This document shows positions 13,731 through 26,373 of a DNA stretch of 64,000 nucleotides, one piece after another. Source of the DNA: Vicugna vicugna (lineage: Eukaryota); assembly GCA_013265495.1 (NCBI GenBank), contig MU061578.1, positions 4,535,308-4,599,307 on the forward strand. Reading direction: 5' to 3'. Position 1 is the stretch's first letter. Every line of letters begins with the position of its first letter. The position numbers were made by a program, and so were the translations under genes. A model generated the notes under the pieces. That model was not told where the DNA came from. It was given only the letters and a program-made list of their open reading frames with translations, and made no database searches.

Positions 13731-14624
13731 GTTTTGTCACACAGCAAGCTTTACTTCCGTGTTGCCTGGTATTATGAATTGTGCTTCTTTAAGAACAGGT
13801 ATTTTCAATATTGTTAATGAGAGAGCCTATTTTTCAGGTTTCTCTTCTGAGAGCCTTCTTGTGTGTGGTGGGGAATGCAGGTGGCCGCGGAGAGTGAAGA
13901 TGGTGAAGGCTCTCCTCTCCTGGTGGGCCCTGGGCCTGGCCATCACCCAGCGACTCACTCCAGCCCAGCCACAGGCAGGCAGGTAGCATCGTCCAGGTCC
14001 TTGACTTCAGACAGTGCCATTGCAGCCATGTGGCCCCTCTGCAGGCCACTGGCCAGGTCCCCTTCATCACCATGGGCACCCCTTCTTCCTTTAAAAAAAA
14101 TTTAGACGGGGCTATGTTTAGACCTTTTCTTCCACTATTTTACATGTATGGCAGAAAGGAGAGATTTCAGTGCATGTCTGGTCCCCTTCCAAAATACTAG
14201 ATCCAAATAATTAAGTACAAATTATTTTCTTTCAGTATTTCAGATATACCCTGCACTAAGTTGTTCTTGTTGGAGTTTATCTTTAGTAGCCCTTTCACTG
14301 GTCTATGGATGTATCCTTGAGTCTGTGACTCTCACGTTCTGAATGGGTGGTTTTACTAGGTATACAGTATAGGTCGAGCAGGGCTGTGTCATCTCCTGGA
14401 AGGCTTGGGCAGTGCTGGACCTCCAGGACCCCAGCCCACAGTTGGCTGCTGCTTCCTGTGAGTAAAGCCTGGCTGCCCAGCTCACCCCACATCTTCCCTG
14501 CCCCCGCGCTCACTGGTGACCACCTGAGCTGTGGCATCTGACAACTCTGAGTCCCCCTGGCTGTGGGGTGACCCCGGGAGGCAGAGAAGCTCAGAACACT
14601 AGCTCTGCATTATTGCAAAATAAA

Positions 14625-14630
14625 TTTATT
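14625..14630 (-). terminator. ZNF598 poly(A) signal AATAAA (minus strand)
   Basis: TTTATT on plus, about 560 nt beyond the ZNF598 stop; on the minus strand a GU-rich 'gtgttct' lies downstream. Confidence 0.75.
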
Positions 14631-15190
14631 TAAAGATAAATTGTCTTATAAAAGGTCAGAGGCAATTTGAGATCCCAGATTCAGCTCGTCTCGTAAAAAG
14701 ATTCAACTTCAAGTAGCACGATTTCGTGTCTGCTTTTAATCCTGAACATTCTTGAATCATGAAACATTCAACTGTTTACACAACACACTCAATATCTGAC
14801 TCCAACACCAGTGGACCCACAGCTTCTGGCTCAGGGACCATGATGCTACAGCCCTCAGGTTCAGGAGGTCCCAAATCAGGCCACCGTGGCCACTCGCTCT
14901 GACACCACAGACAGGTCCCGGCGTCCTGGCCCTTCCCAAAGCATGAGAATAACCCAGACTGGCCTGCTGCTAAGGCAGGGGCCTTCCCCAGTTCCCAGGA
15001 GAAAACCAGATGGACTCCTGCGTGATGGTGTGCTGACAGGGTGGGGTGGGCTTTCCTGGTGACCCCTGGGGGGCTGGTCAGCTGCAGGACCTGAATAGGT
15101 GGCCTCACCTGGCTGCTTGGCAGCCCAGTGGGAGAAGGAAGGAGAAAGGAGGCTCATGAGTATGGCAACTTCTGCCCACACTGGCGGGAG

Positions 15191-17822
15191 CTACGTGAGG
15201 ATCCTGGCAATGGCTTGCAGGGAGGGGAAGTCATCATCCCGGGCGGCGTGCAGCGCCTGGTGGCTCCTGACATCACCGTGCGCGAGCACCTGCTGGCAAG
15301 TGGGGCACACGCAGCAGTCCAGGCCCGTCTGCCGGGTGCTGGCCTGCCATGCATTCTTCTTGTTCTTCTTGGCCTTGGTGCCGGGAGGCCTCTCTCGGCC
15401 TCGGAAGTCCGTGTGCGCAGACAGCAGCTCCTGCTGCTTGGCCGTGTCGGGCAGGAGCACCAGCAGCTCATTGAAGATCTTCTGGAAGTTCTCCCCGAGC
15501 AGGTCCCGGCAGCTCTTGTAATACTGGGCTGCGGAGATCACACCCTGCCACCCAGAGCAGACCAGTCACACCTGGCCCAGGCCTGGGCCCCAGGTGGCTG
15601 GACTGGCCCCCCGCAACCCCGCCTGCCTAACCTGTCTAAATTCCCCCGAGTGGCTCTTGAATTTGTTGAAGCGGGCCTCATCGCTCTGCAGGAAGTCCTT
15701 GATAGACTGGATGAGCTGCAGGTTCCTCTCCCGGAAGTTCTCAGGGACCAGGTAGGCCCGTGGCATGGTTGTCAGCCTAGGTCTGGGGTCAGGAGATGGG
15801 GAGGAGGTGGAAGCTTCAGCCTTTGGGGTGGCCCAAGGTGAAAGCACTCCCCCAGGGGCACCAGGCCAGGCGGCCCACCCTCACTCACGCTTTTGTGGTG
15901 GTGGTAGTGCTGGGGACACAGGCTGGGTGGGGGCTGGGCAGAAGGCCGGAGAAGCCAGGGGGCGGCTTGCTGATGGGGGGCACGAGACCTGGCGGAGGCG
16001 GGGGTGGAGTGCCCTTCAGAAGCACCACAGTGTTGAAGCCTGTGGCAGGGTGAGCACAGGAAGATCCCAGGACGTGACTCTCACTGGACAGGCACAGCCA
16101 GGCCTTGGTTCCCCACCTCCCATCTCATCAGGGTCAGGCTTCATCCATGACCCACCTCCGCCATGGAACAGGCCTGGGACCGGATGATGCCAAGTGCTGG
16201 CACATAAACTGTGCTCCCTCATGGCAAATCCTGTCTAAGTTAACTCACTTAAACCCATCTCAAGAGGATGCTAAAATTGCCCTGATTTATGGGGAGGAAA
16301 AGGATACAGAGAAGTTAAGTGGTGAACCGAGATCACGTCACTCACAGACGTGGAGCCTGGCTTCTGAGGCAGCTGGAAACCACTGTAGAAGCTTACCTCT
16401 TCCCTCCTGCACCTGCACCTGCACCACAGAACCTCTAGCTGTGCTCCTCGTGGGCCTGGAGGGCTCCAGCCTGACTCTGCTACTCTGACCTCTTCCCAGA
16501 TGCTGAAAAGCAGGCCTGAGGCAGGTACACATACCTGGGGGCGGGGGCATCCTGGGCGGGCAGGGGCCGCCGAGCGCTGGGAAGTCTTCCTGGGGTGTGG
16601 GGCAAGGGAGGGGCCCCTGGGGCCTTGGGAGCCCAGGGGGTTCCTTGGGAGTGCTCCGAGCTGGGACCGGCCCTTCTGTGTGTCCATTGACGACAACAGC
16701 AACTGGCCCCTCAGCCCTGCCAGTGGGGGCTGTGGGGGCCTGCTCAGCCCCAGGGGACCCATCTTTGTCAGAGGGCAGTGGCGGGGGAGATGCGGCACCC
16801 AGCTTCTCAGAGCCCACTTTCTTCTTCTTGCCAACCTTGGTGAAGGTCTGGGTGGAGGCCAGTGCCAGCAGGGAGGAGACAGTGACTGTCGTGGGCACGC
16901 TCCGCAGCTCCTGGGCGGTGAGGCCAGTGCGGCCATCCTCCTCCTCCTCCACCGGGGGCGGCCCACCCTTTTTGCCACCCTTGCCCCCCTTCCCAGCCTT
17001 CCTGGAGGGCTGGCTGCTCCCACCAGCAGACTGGGCCCCAGTGGTGGGATGTGCCACTTTCTTGCTGCCACTGCTGTTCCAGGCAGAGATGAGGCTGGTG
17101 GGGGCAGCGGTGGGCTTGGAAGCAGAGGACACCAGGGCAGGGAAGTCGTCCTCCTGGAAGGTGCTCCTGCCCCTGCTGGGAACCGCGTATGCCAGTGGCA
17201 GCCCCACAGGGCCCAGGGCTGCTGCGGTGGAGGAGGAGGAGGAAGCAGAGGCACAGAGACTGGGAAAGTCTTCATCCTTGAGCTTCGAAGTCGGGGGTGG
17301 GAGAGTGCTGAGCCGAGGAACGGGAGAAGGTTCAGCAGCTTGCTCGTCCCTGGCCGGTCCCACACTCACCCTCTATAGGAGCCCGGCACCCTCACCCCGG
17401 TTTGTGCACACGTGTACCTTGGAAGTGCGGTCCCCACAGCCAAGCCGGTTGCTGGGAAGGCCTCTTGGCTCACAGGACCGTTTGTCGAGGATTCTTTGGG
17501 GCCTGCGAGGCACGAAAGAACCCTATGTCAGATGGATCAATGTTGAAGGCAAGATCAGGCCCCACAGAGTGACCAGAGAGCATGTGGGTTCTTGTCCACT
17601 TTCTGGGTGGGTACCCTGCCAGTCTGGGCACCACGCTCGGCAAGAGGCTGCCTCAGGCCTCTCAGGCCAGAGCAGAGACGCCTGCAAGGAAGGCCCACTC
17701 ACCTGGGCCTTCACCCTGAGTCCGGGCCGGACGCCGGGGGCCCCTGGGCTCCTCAGGCCCCCGCACCACTGCCTCCTCCTTTCTGGGCCTGCTGCCCTCC
17801 ACCTGGTCCTCGCTCCTGCGTG

Positions 17823-17872
<50 letters not shown>

Positions 17873-20800
17873 GCAGCCACTGAGGCTCGGATGGCAGCTG
17901 CCACTTCTCGGTCCTCTTCTTCCCTGAGATGGAGAGATCTTCAGGCTGGGCAAGGCCCAGGACTACAGCAGTATGCAGGGGGAGGGACTGGGGAGGGGTC
18001 GGAGGCCAGGGGAACGGGGCTGGCCCACCTCGCCGGCCAGGAGAGGGCGCTGGGGAGGCAGCAGAACATGTGCCTGCCAGCCTGAGGCTCCAGCTCCCCA
18101 GACAGCACCTGGACCCAGTTCTCTGGGGCAGCATCTGGAGTCCACAGATGCCCTGATCCAGCCTGGCCAACCCCAGCCTGAGTGTGCTTGTGTGCCCGGG
18201 CTTCAAGGCATAACTGCCCTGAACCCCCAAGTTCAGAGCCTCTCTCACACAACCCCACCCCACAGGTTCCTCGTGTCTCTGGCTGAAAGTAGGAAAAAGA
18301 GGAGGAAATGTGCTCACTGAGGACACTGAGCAGGCCCTGTTGCCATGCTGGGGACACCAGAGACCAAAAGGCTGAAGTCCCCGGACCCCAGTGCCTGTTC
18401 CCAGCCCAGCTGCCGGCCGCTGCCACCGCCTCAGGGGTGGTGCCAGGAGAACTTCAGTGGCACGTGAATCCTCCCACCTCTTGTACCTCCAGCTTCCTCG
18501 GCGGCTCTGCTGGGCTCCACGGCCGCTGGCCCGGCCTGCGCGACCCTGGTGGTTGTACCTGTCCAACTCCTCGTAGTCCTCGCCACTGACAACCCCTGCA
18601 GCCAGCACACAGCCTGTCATGGGCCCGGGCAAGACCACAGCCAGTGCTCCAGCTTGGACAGCAGAAGCCTTCCCGCCCCCCACAGCACATGAGCCCTGGG
18701 GGATGGGCTGACACCTCTTGGGGTCCACAACAGCCCCAGACCTCTATGGCCTGGGCACCAGGTCAGAGCAAGAATGGTGCTGGGAGAAGGGCCTGGCCCT
18801 ACCAACCCCACACTCCCAGGAGGAACGCCCACATAACAGGTGCTCAATAATCCTCCTGACCCAGGGACGAGTCCCAGGGACCTCAGAGCAGCAGATCCAA
18901 GACATTGCGGGAGCCAGCTGGAGTGAAGAGCTCCCTGTCCCAATGTGCTCAGGTGCTCAGAGCTCCTCGATGGGCTGGCAGATGCAGGTTCAACAGGTGT
19001 TTCCCTTGTCCCCGTCGATATGTGAGCGGTCGGATCAGGACCTGGGTCTGAGGCCTCCAGAGCAGGGCTCCGCAAGGTGAGCACTGCCTCGGGGGCCAGG
19101 TGGGAGCTGTGGGAGCTCCACTCAGCAAAGGAGAGGCCTGCTCACCCTCATTCCGGCGTGAGTGCCGAGGTGCGTAGCTGAACTGCAGGTCGATCTGGCG
19201 GTTCTGGCGGGCCTCAGCACGGCTCCGGCTGTGGCAGGCTGTCCTGTGGGCCTTAAGGTCGATCTCGGTGCGGAACGCGTGGGTGAACTGCTCGGTGCTG
19301 CAACGGCCCTCTTCACACAGGAAGTGCTTCTCTCGGAAATGCTCGCGCAGATATGCGTAGTCACTGCCGGGGATGGGCTGTCAGTCGGGGCCGCCAGGCA
19401 CCGTGGCCAACGGCCTGTGCCCAGCCTGCCCAGGTGTCCAGGGCCTTGTGCTACCGCACCCACCTGTAATAGTCCTGGGCCCCATCAGAGTCACAGAAGT
19501 GGCAGAAGTAGTGGTCGCGCCGCAGGTGCTTGAGCAGCTCATCGTTGTCCAGGTAGCGCTCGTCACAGAACTTACAGAGTGGGTGCCCGCGGTGCGACGT
19601 GTCATCGGGGTCCCCCTGCATGCGGTGCCGAGCCAGGTCCTTGCGCGAGTACCACTTGCGCTCATAGGTAAAGATCTGCAGGGAGTGGGGAAGGGCTGGG
19701 CATGGGGTGGGGGCTCCCCGGCCCCCTACCTCTCCCCACAGCCCAACACCACCAAAGGATCCTGGTGGCATCAGCTCTGTCACAGGGCCCTCAACACCAG
19801 CAACCTGGAGGACCCACGTGGTTACTAGGAGGCTGCCCTGCCTGGGCTGTGCAGCCTGATTGGTCACCACCCCAGGGCTCTGTGAGGCAGGAGAGCTGGG
19901 TGGGTGCTGGGAAGCCCTGGGGATCCGGCCTGGCCAGGGCCAGGGGCAGCAATAAGCCCCTCACAGCTGTTTGCTGAGCACCCCTACGCCAGCCTCTGCA
20001 GGGCCTGGATACCATCCACCTCAGCCAGGGACTCCCTAAATGTCCCAAAGACCCAAGCAGCTGCTGTGGAGGCAGGGTGGGGCTCACCTTGAGGTGTTTG
20101 AGGCACAGCTTGCAGCAAAACAGCTCGTGCTGCTTCCGCATGTGCTGCTCCAGGTCCCCAAAGAGGCCAAAAGGTGGCAGCTCAGGGCATCGCGGGCACT
20201 CGTGCTGCAAAAGCTGCCTAGGGAGACACCAAGAGCACCAGGACCCGAGGGCACTCAGCAGTGTCATCCAGAGTGAGCACTAGACCCTCCCCATGGTCCA
20301 CCGCTCCAAGGCCCTGGAGACACTCTCGGAGTGGGAGCCAGAAGACAGGCACTCGGCTCCCCATGCACCTTGGAGCTCTGACCACTGAGTCAGATGGGGC
20401 TTGGGCCAGTGCCTGAGCTGAACAAGGCCATGTGACGGGGGTGGGGCCATGATGCAGGAGACTGACCTCTGTGTCAGATGAATATTATAACTGAGCCCAC
20501 ACAGGAGCCTGGGGTCAAAAGCCCAGGTTCTAGCTGAGCCAGGCGGCTGCCCTCTCACCTGGAAGATGAGGACCGGCCCCAAGATAACTGTACCACTTTA
20601 CGGGGTTTTCCCACCATGGGCTAAGAGCCTGACTTGCAAGAGCTCTTGTGCACTTCCAAGAGCCCTCAGGAAGCAGGTGCTGGGTGCTACACCAGGAGGG
20701 CTTTCCCTGAATTCACCCCCTTGCCCCTCATCTCTACCACCACCCCGGGAGGGGGGTGTGAGCACCCCCAGTTACAGGACAGAAGACCAATGATGGGAAC

Positions 20801-23800
20801 TTAGCCACCTGACCCTGATGTCTGTGCCACAGAAAGTGCCCCCACCCACCTGAGTGTTGTGAGGAGCACAGGAGGTGATGGGGATGTGCCCGTCCCCACC
20901 ACAAAGCGCCCTGCAGACTCTCGGAATCCCAGGCCGAGGGTTCCTCTCTCACCTGTATAAGGCAAACACTTTCCCATCAGCAAAGTAGATGTCATACTTC
21001 TTCTCATGCTGCAGCTGGTGGATGGGGATTGTAGCAAAGGCAGGAAGCTTCCTCCCAAAGACCACCTGGAACCGAAAGTACAAGGGCACGGTGAGCGGGG
21101 CCCGGGATGTCCACTGGAAGGCGCTATCAAGCAGAAAAGAACGGGAGGCGGACACGCCCCCTCTGCTCACCCGCAGCCCAGCCACCTAGGGTTGCCAAAA
21201 CAGAGAAGCAATCCCTGGCCTCGCCGCCAGGGGGCAGCCGACTCCCCACTCATCCACAGCAAAACTGGCACCTGCCAGACAGAGGCTGTCCCAGGGGCAG
21301 TGACAGGGACCAGACAGCGGGGCAAACCAAACCTTAATCACATGGGTGTCAAGCACAGGATGACTTTCACTGGGAGAAAGGAGAGACACAATCCAGGAAG
21401 CAGCTAAGGAAATAATGCTGCCAGGCCAGGACCCATCAGTTGACCATGCCTGGCCACCCTCCATCCACTCACGACACTTCCATAACACCACAGGAGAGGA
21501 ACTGTCCCGCAGCACTGGGTCATGGCCCCTGGCCATTCTGGGCGGGCTGCCTGCCTGTTAACTTGGCTGTCTGGGGGCACCAAAGGGATGAGCTGGTGAG
21601 CTAGATGCAGAAATGTCCACAGCCTGGTTGCTTCTCTGGGGTCTCCAGCCCTCTGGAGGCTCTGCACCTCCACAGACTGTGGCAATGGACGAGGACCAGA
21701 CCCCTGTCCCAGAGACCCCAGCCTGGCCCCCAGGCCTTTTTATAGGCTCAGGCCTCCCCTCTGAGCCAACAAGGGCACTGTTCCCTCCAGGACTCCCTCA
21801 TCCTCCAGCACCCCCTTTCTCTCTGTTCCCCACTCCCTCACTTGGATCAAGACGACAGTCCTGTCTCCTCTCCGTGCCCCTTTCAGATCCACCACTGTCC
21901 CCCCAGCCTAAAGTAGGGCACTCAGCTCAGCTCAGAGTCCTTACCAGCACACGTGGGGGACATCCTCACCTTGGGAAAGGCCACATCAAGGACACCCCTG
22001 TTATGTTTAGGCCCAGCCAAGGAGGCTGTCTGGGACTACAATTGGCCGTGAACTTGGGAAAGCATAGGACTGGCTGGAGAGAGTGGGTGGTCACACTGTC
22101 TCCAGCAGCAGGGTGGTTAAAACTGGCTCCCTGGGGGCCTGGGGGAGGAGACGGGGAGCTCAGCCTCCACTTCTGAGGACATGCTGTGGGGGATGGTGGT
22201 AGAAAACAGGCTGACCACCAAGCCTTCCCCAGATTCTGCCCCCAAAGGAGCCCAAGGGAAGTGTCATGGTCCAGCCACACCCATTCTGGGGGCCACAGTG
22301 AGGTAGGGGTGGAGGAATGAACCCCCAACAGGCCTTTCTTCCCCTTGTTGCCATGCCTGGTAAAGCCAGGCAGGATAAACATGGCCACCGACCCCTGCCC
22401 CTGCCCCACACTGAGCACACCTCATCCCAGCTGCACTCCTGTGACCTGTCTTCAAAGGGGAGCCTTGGCTCTGCCTCCAAAGGGTCAGCCTCCACACTCT
22501 CTGCCCTGGCTTTCTCTGCAGGCCCTGAATGAACATAGGGAGGGTCCCTGGACCTCGCACTGGCCTCTTGTCAGGGGATCTGCCCTCCAAGAGCAAGCCT
22601 ACACCCAGCCCTGCCTTCTGACCACTCCTAAGGGGGCTTTTCCAGCAGAAACCCCAGTTCCTGTCCAGAGATAGGTGCCTGCAGGTGCAGGGCCATGAAC
22701 CACTCAGGATGCTGCTGGAGGAGCACAGAGCATAAGGAACTAAGCACTGAGACTCAGATTAGCAGCCCTAGAGGGAAACCGTAAAGCTGCCAAAAAGCAT
22801 CCCAGCCCAACAGACTCAGCAAAGGAACAACTTCCCCAGAGGAAACCCATGCCAGAAGGCTCCCCCTACCCTCATCCCGGCTCTGGCACCCTCCTTTCAG
22901 GGGTCAGCTCTGATCCACCACAGGCAGTGTCTCCCTGGGCTGTGGGTACCCTCGCCGTGGACTGAGCGACAATCAGCTTGGGCAGGGCGTCTGTCCCTCC
23001 TGAGCGGTCTAGTGGGACAGCCCTGGCTAGGCACACCTGAGACAGGTTAGAAAGGGGAAACTGGATTGGCTTGGGAAAGGGCTGGAACCACAGAAGAGGC
23101 TTGGGAAAGGAAAGAAGCCATGGGCATGCAAGCTCAAAGCTGTGTGTGTTTTAGAAGGAGGGTGAGCAGGTTAGGAGCCAGGGGGCATGGAATGGGGAAA
23201 TGCCAACTGCACCCACCCCTGGACAGGCCCTGGGAGCAGGACTGGACCCTCAGGCCTGCACCAGAGGCCAGGTCCAGCAACGAGCAGACGATGGATGGTA
23301 CTGCAGCCTGGTGTGGCCAGTGTCCCCTGCCCCCAGCAGAGAGTGAGATGAGTGGCAAGACTGAGTGGCTGGACAAGAATGAGGGTGTGGTGGCCTGGCC
23401 AGGGATGGGCAGGAACCCACCAGTGATCCAACCAGTGTGGCTTGAGACCCACCCACCCTGGTGATCACCCTGACGGGAGGAGATCTTAGGTCCAAGGACA
23501 GAGGTACAGACCAAGCCTAGATACTTGGGCAGCCTGGGTGGACCCCAAGATGGCCAGGCCGTGAGGAGAGGGAGATGGGGGTAAGAGCCCCCTCAGACTC
23601 TCCCTGCCTAAGGGTTTCTGCCTGGGGCCCTGCTGCTCCCCATTCCCAGCATGCAGTGAGCACTCACTGAGAATGAGTGGATGAGAGGACAGGGGTATTA
23701 GCAATGACCAGTGCTGAGAGTGAGCTGGATGGTGAGGGGTGGGCCTGGGGGAGAGGAGGGAATACAGAGTGAGCCCCCAGAGACAGCACTACCTAGAACA

Positions 23801-26373
23801 CAGGCACAAGAAGAGCCAGAGGGGGATGGAGCAGGGGTAATCTTAGAGGAAGAGGGCCAGGACCAGGGTGGGGGGAGGGAGCACGGACAATAGAAAAGCA
23901 TGACCTGAGTCAGCAGGTCCCGCCTCCTGACCTGCCTTCAGCCTCCTTTCCTACTTTCTATGAAACAGGGCACTGGGGCTGCACTAGGTGGCCTGCAGTT
24001 CCCCTCCTAAGACAGACATATCCCACTTTGTATAGCAGCCCCATCAAGCCTCTTTGGCATCACCAGGGGTCCAGACAAGGTGGAATGCTTTCAGAGGAAA
24101 GTGGCCTGTGTAAAAGGTACAACCAGGGAAGAGAGGACAGGAACCTGGGACTTGACATCAGTTTCAACCAAAGTGCCCTCAAGACCAATGCTACCGCTGC
24201 CCATCAGGTGGGAGCCGCCTTGGCCTCTGCCTTGAGCACCTGCCGAGCAATTTAACTGATCTGGCTCCTCGCCTGACCAGCAGCTGCAAGGCTGCCCCCC
24301 TGGGCCGGCATAGGAAGGCACTAGATCAAGATGTAGGAATTAACCAGCAGATGAAGCTGGCCTGTCCCTGCATCCTGGCATACTTTCCTTCCAATTTTCA
24401 CAAAGACTTAGTTCCATACAGGAGGCAGAGCAGAGGCAGGCTTCAGGGGCTAGGGGTCACTGTGGGATTCCCAAGGGGGCATGGGACACAGGACGTATTC
24501 AGAGGACAATGCAGGGCTCAACAAGGGAACAAGAGGGACAGGGGGTGCTGCAAGTTCAAGAGTGGGAGGGAAGCAGGATGAATGGGGAGGAGCATCATCT
24601 CCGCAAACTTCCCAGTACACCCTCCTGCTGCCTAGCAATTCAGGGCAGGCCCAAGAGGAAGGTCAGGCTCGGCCAGGGCACCTGATGCCAAACCACATCC
24701 CAGCTGGAGCCAGCTGACAGCTCATGTCAACACCCCCTTGCCACAGAGCACTTGGAGGGTGTGGGACCCACAAGGAATGAGAGAGGCTAGATGCTAGCTA
24801 GAGGAGCCATATATAGATGTCTGCTCACTTCCTGAGTGAGACCTGCAGCACCCAGGGCCAGGGACTCCACAGCGCCTGCCTGCCTGCCTGTCTGCCTTCC
24901 TGGAAGGAAACTACAGGTATGCTGGGAAACCTGGCTGTTCAAGAATTACATCATGTCATGAAATACTAGCCGACAAGGCAGGCTCTGGCAAAGGAGGTGC
25001 CTTCTGACTAAATCACAGATCCAAGGTTTCCCCGACTGCTCCGGCACCTCTGCTCTCTCCCAGATCCGCATCCCTCTCTGTACTCCCCATGATAGACTGA
25101 CAGCGTCTCCAAGTGTCTTTTCAATAGTGAACAGAATAGGTAACCACAGAGTAGTCATGGGATTACAGCATTTCCTAGGCTCTTTTAACATAAATCTCTA
25201 ACAACAACAAAAGTGAACAAAGTCGTTTCTGCATCACTTCTAGAAAGAAGAAACTCAAGATTCCCTGGTAGATGTAACCAGCTCAAGCTTTCCATGAACA
25301 AACCAGGGGAATTTCACAACTGCAGAAGCAAACAGATCTCAAAGCACAACAAACCAAGGAAGCTCCAGCTAGGCGTTCCCAGCCAGCAGCTGGCATTGCA
25401 GGGAGAGTGAGGAAAAGCTCCCTGTTGCCCTCTAACCTCACTAGGGCTCATAGGAGTCTGGAGAGTCAGAAACTGCCCCCATCCCCCAACTCTGGAGTTA
25501 AGCCCCCAGCTGGGACTGGCAAGAAAAACTTCATAACACTTTTATCCCCACCCACCAAGCAACCAGAGGAGACCTCAGTGGTTCTGCCTTCCCCTCTGGT
25601 GGGCAGGTCAGAGTGCCACCATCACTTAATAGATGAAAAGGAGTTTGCTCAGCGTAACCCAGGGAGGTCCAGAAATAACAGCTGGGCTGGAAAAGCTCGC
25701 TTGACCCTCTAATTCCAGGACAGACCGCGTCTGAGGGTGCCCACTTGCCCCGTTGCCTCCACCGGAATGAAGACCCCTGAGGAATAAACTCCCAAAGACG
25801 AGCAGGTCGAGGGGTTCCTGCTCTGATCGTACCCCTTCTGTGGCCCAGCAGGAATTCCCGGGGAGCAGGAGGAAAGTCCGCGGGCTCTGTCCCCAAAGGG
25901 ATCGCTACCTCTTCAAATTAGATCGGCCATCTCATGCCTCATGGCCCCAGACGCCCCAGAGTCGGCCCTGCGGTCGGGACCCCGCCCCAAGTGGTCCCGC
26001 CAGGCCTCTCTTTTGGAAGCCGGCGCCACCAGGCCTGCGGCCGGACACCAGGAAGGTAAAGTCCCCTTCCGGCCGCTGGGTTCCCTGCCGCCCCGACTGG
26101 CCGCGCCCGCGCCCCGGCGCCCCGATGCGCGGCCCCGCCGGCGCGGCTCACCTGGCGCAGCTCCTCGCGGCACACCGCGCAGTAGCGTTGCTCACACAGC
26201 ACCCGCATCTTGGTGGAGCAGCGGCAGCATACTGGGTGGTCGCAGCGGCCCAGCGCCGTGGCCTCCAGGTCCCCGCAGCACAGCACGCAGCTCCCGCCGC
26301 CCCTCTCCGGCACCGCCGCCGCCGCATCCTGGACCACGCGCCGCCCCTCGGGGCCCGCCGCCGCCGCCGCCAT
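15191..26373 (-). CDS. ZNF598: E3 ubiquitin ligase ZNF598 (collided-ribosome sensor); exons (minus) 26152-26373, 20953-21065, 20088-20217, 19464-19675, 19146-19363, 18478-18595, 17703-17923, 17418-17502, 16535-17307, 15889-16039, 15632-15782, 15191-15544; 915 aa
   Basis: N-terminal RING (CVLCCGDLEATALGRCDHPVCCRCSTKMRVLCEQRYCAVC), C2H2-like fingers (CPRC..HMRKQH, CKFC..HLRRDH), DFPxL repeats, PPPPGF/PPPGF motifs, C-terminal CPTC..HQALH finger ending DDFPSLQAIARILT*. The twelve exons sum to 2748 nt, all GT-AG with matching phases. Confidence 0.95.
16190..16380 (-). mobile_element. MIR SINE in ZNF598 intron 9, approximate bounds
   Basis: 'ctgatttatggggaggaaaaggatacagagaagttaagtggtgaaccgagatcac' is an antisense MIR core on the plus strand. 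Confidence 0.6.
17827..17871 (-). repeat. Uninterrupted (CAG)15 / (CTG)15 coding microsatellite (polyQ15) in ZNF598 exon 7
   Basis: Counted directly: 15 consecutive ctg on plus; translation ...RASVAA-Q15-ETRRSEDQ. Confidence 0.97.

Noticed and set aside
13780-14110. Exon-like ORFs between the SYNGR3 and ZNF598 poly(A) sites
   Set aside because: Short, unrecognisable peptides next to a MIR; no coherent start, splice chain or homology.
17370-17372. 3-nt microexon (tag|AGG|gtgagt) in ZNF598 intron 8
   Set aside because: The flanking introns would be about 45 and 62 nt; the upstream one is too short. Treated instead as an alternative donor.
16597-17883. 428-aa plus-strand ORF (and 16500-17378, 15128-15841, 19162-19828)
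   Set aside because: Antisense shadows of GC-rich ZNF598 coding exons; no start context or homology.
17523-18728. 401-aa minus-strand ORF with polySer
   Set aside because: Runs through ZNF598 introns and reads the CAG repeat in the wrong frame; only the exon 6 part is genuine.
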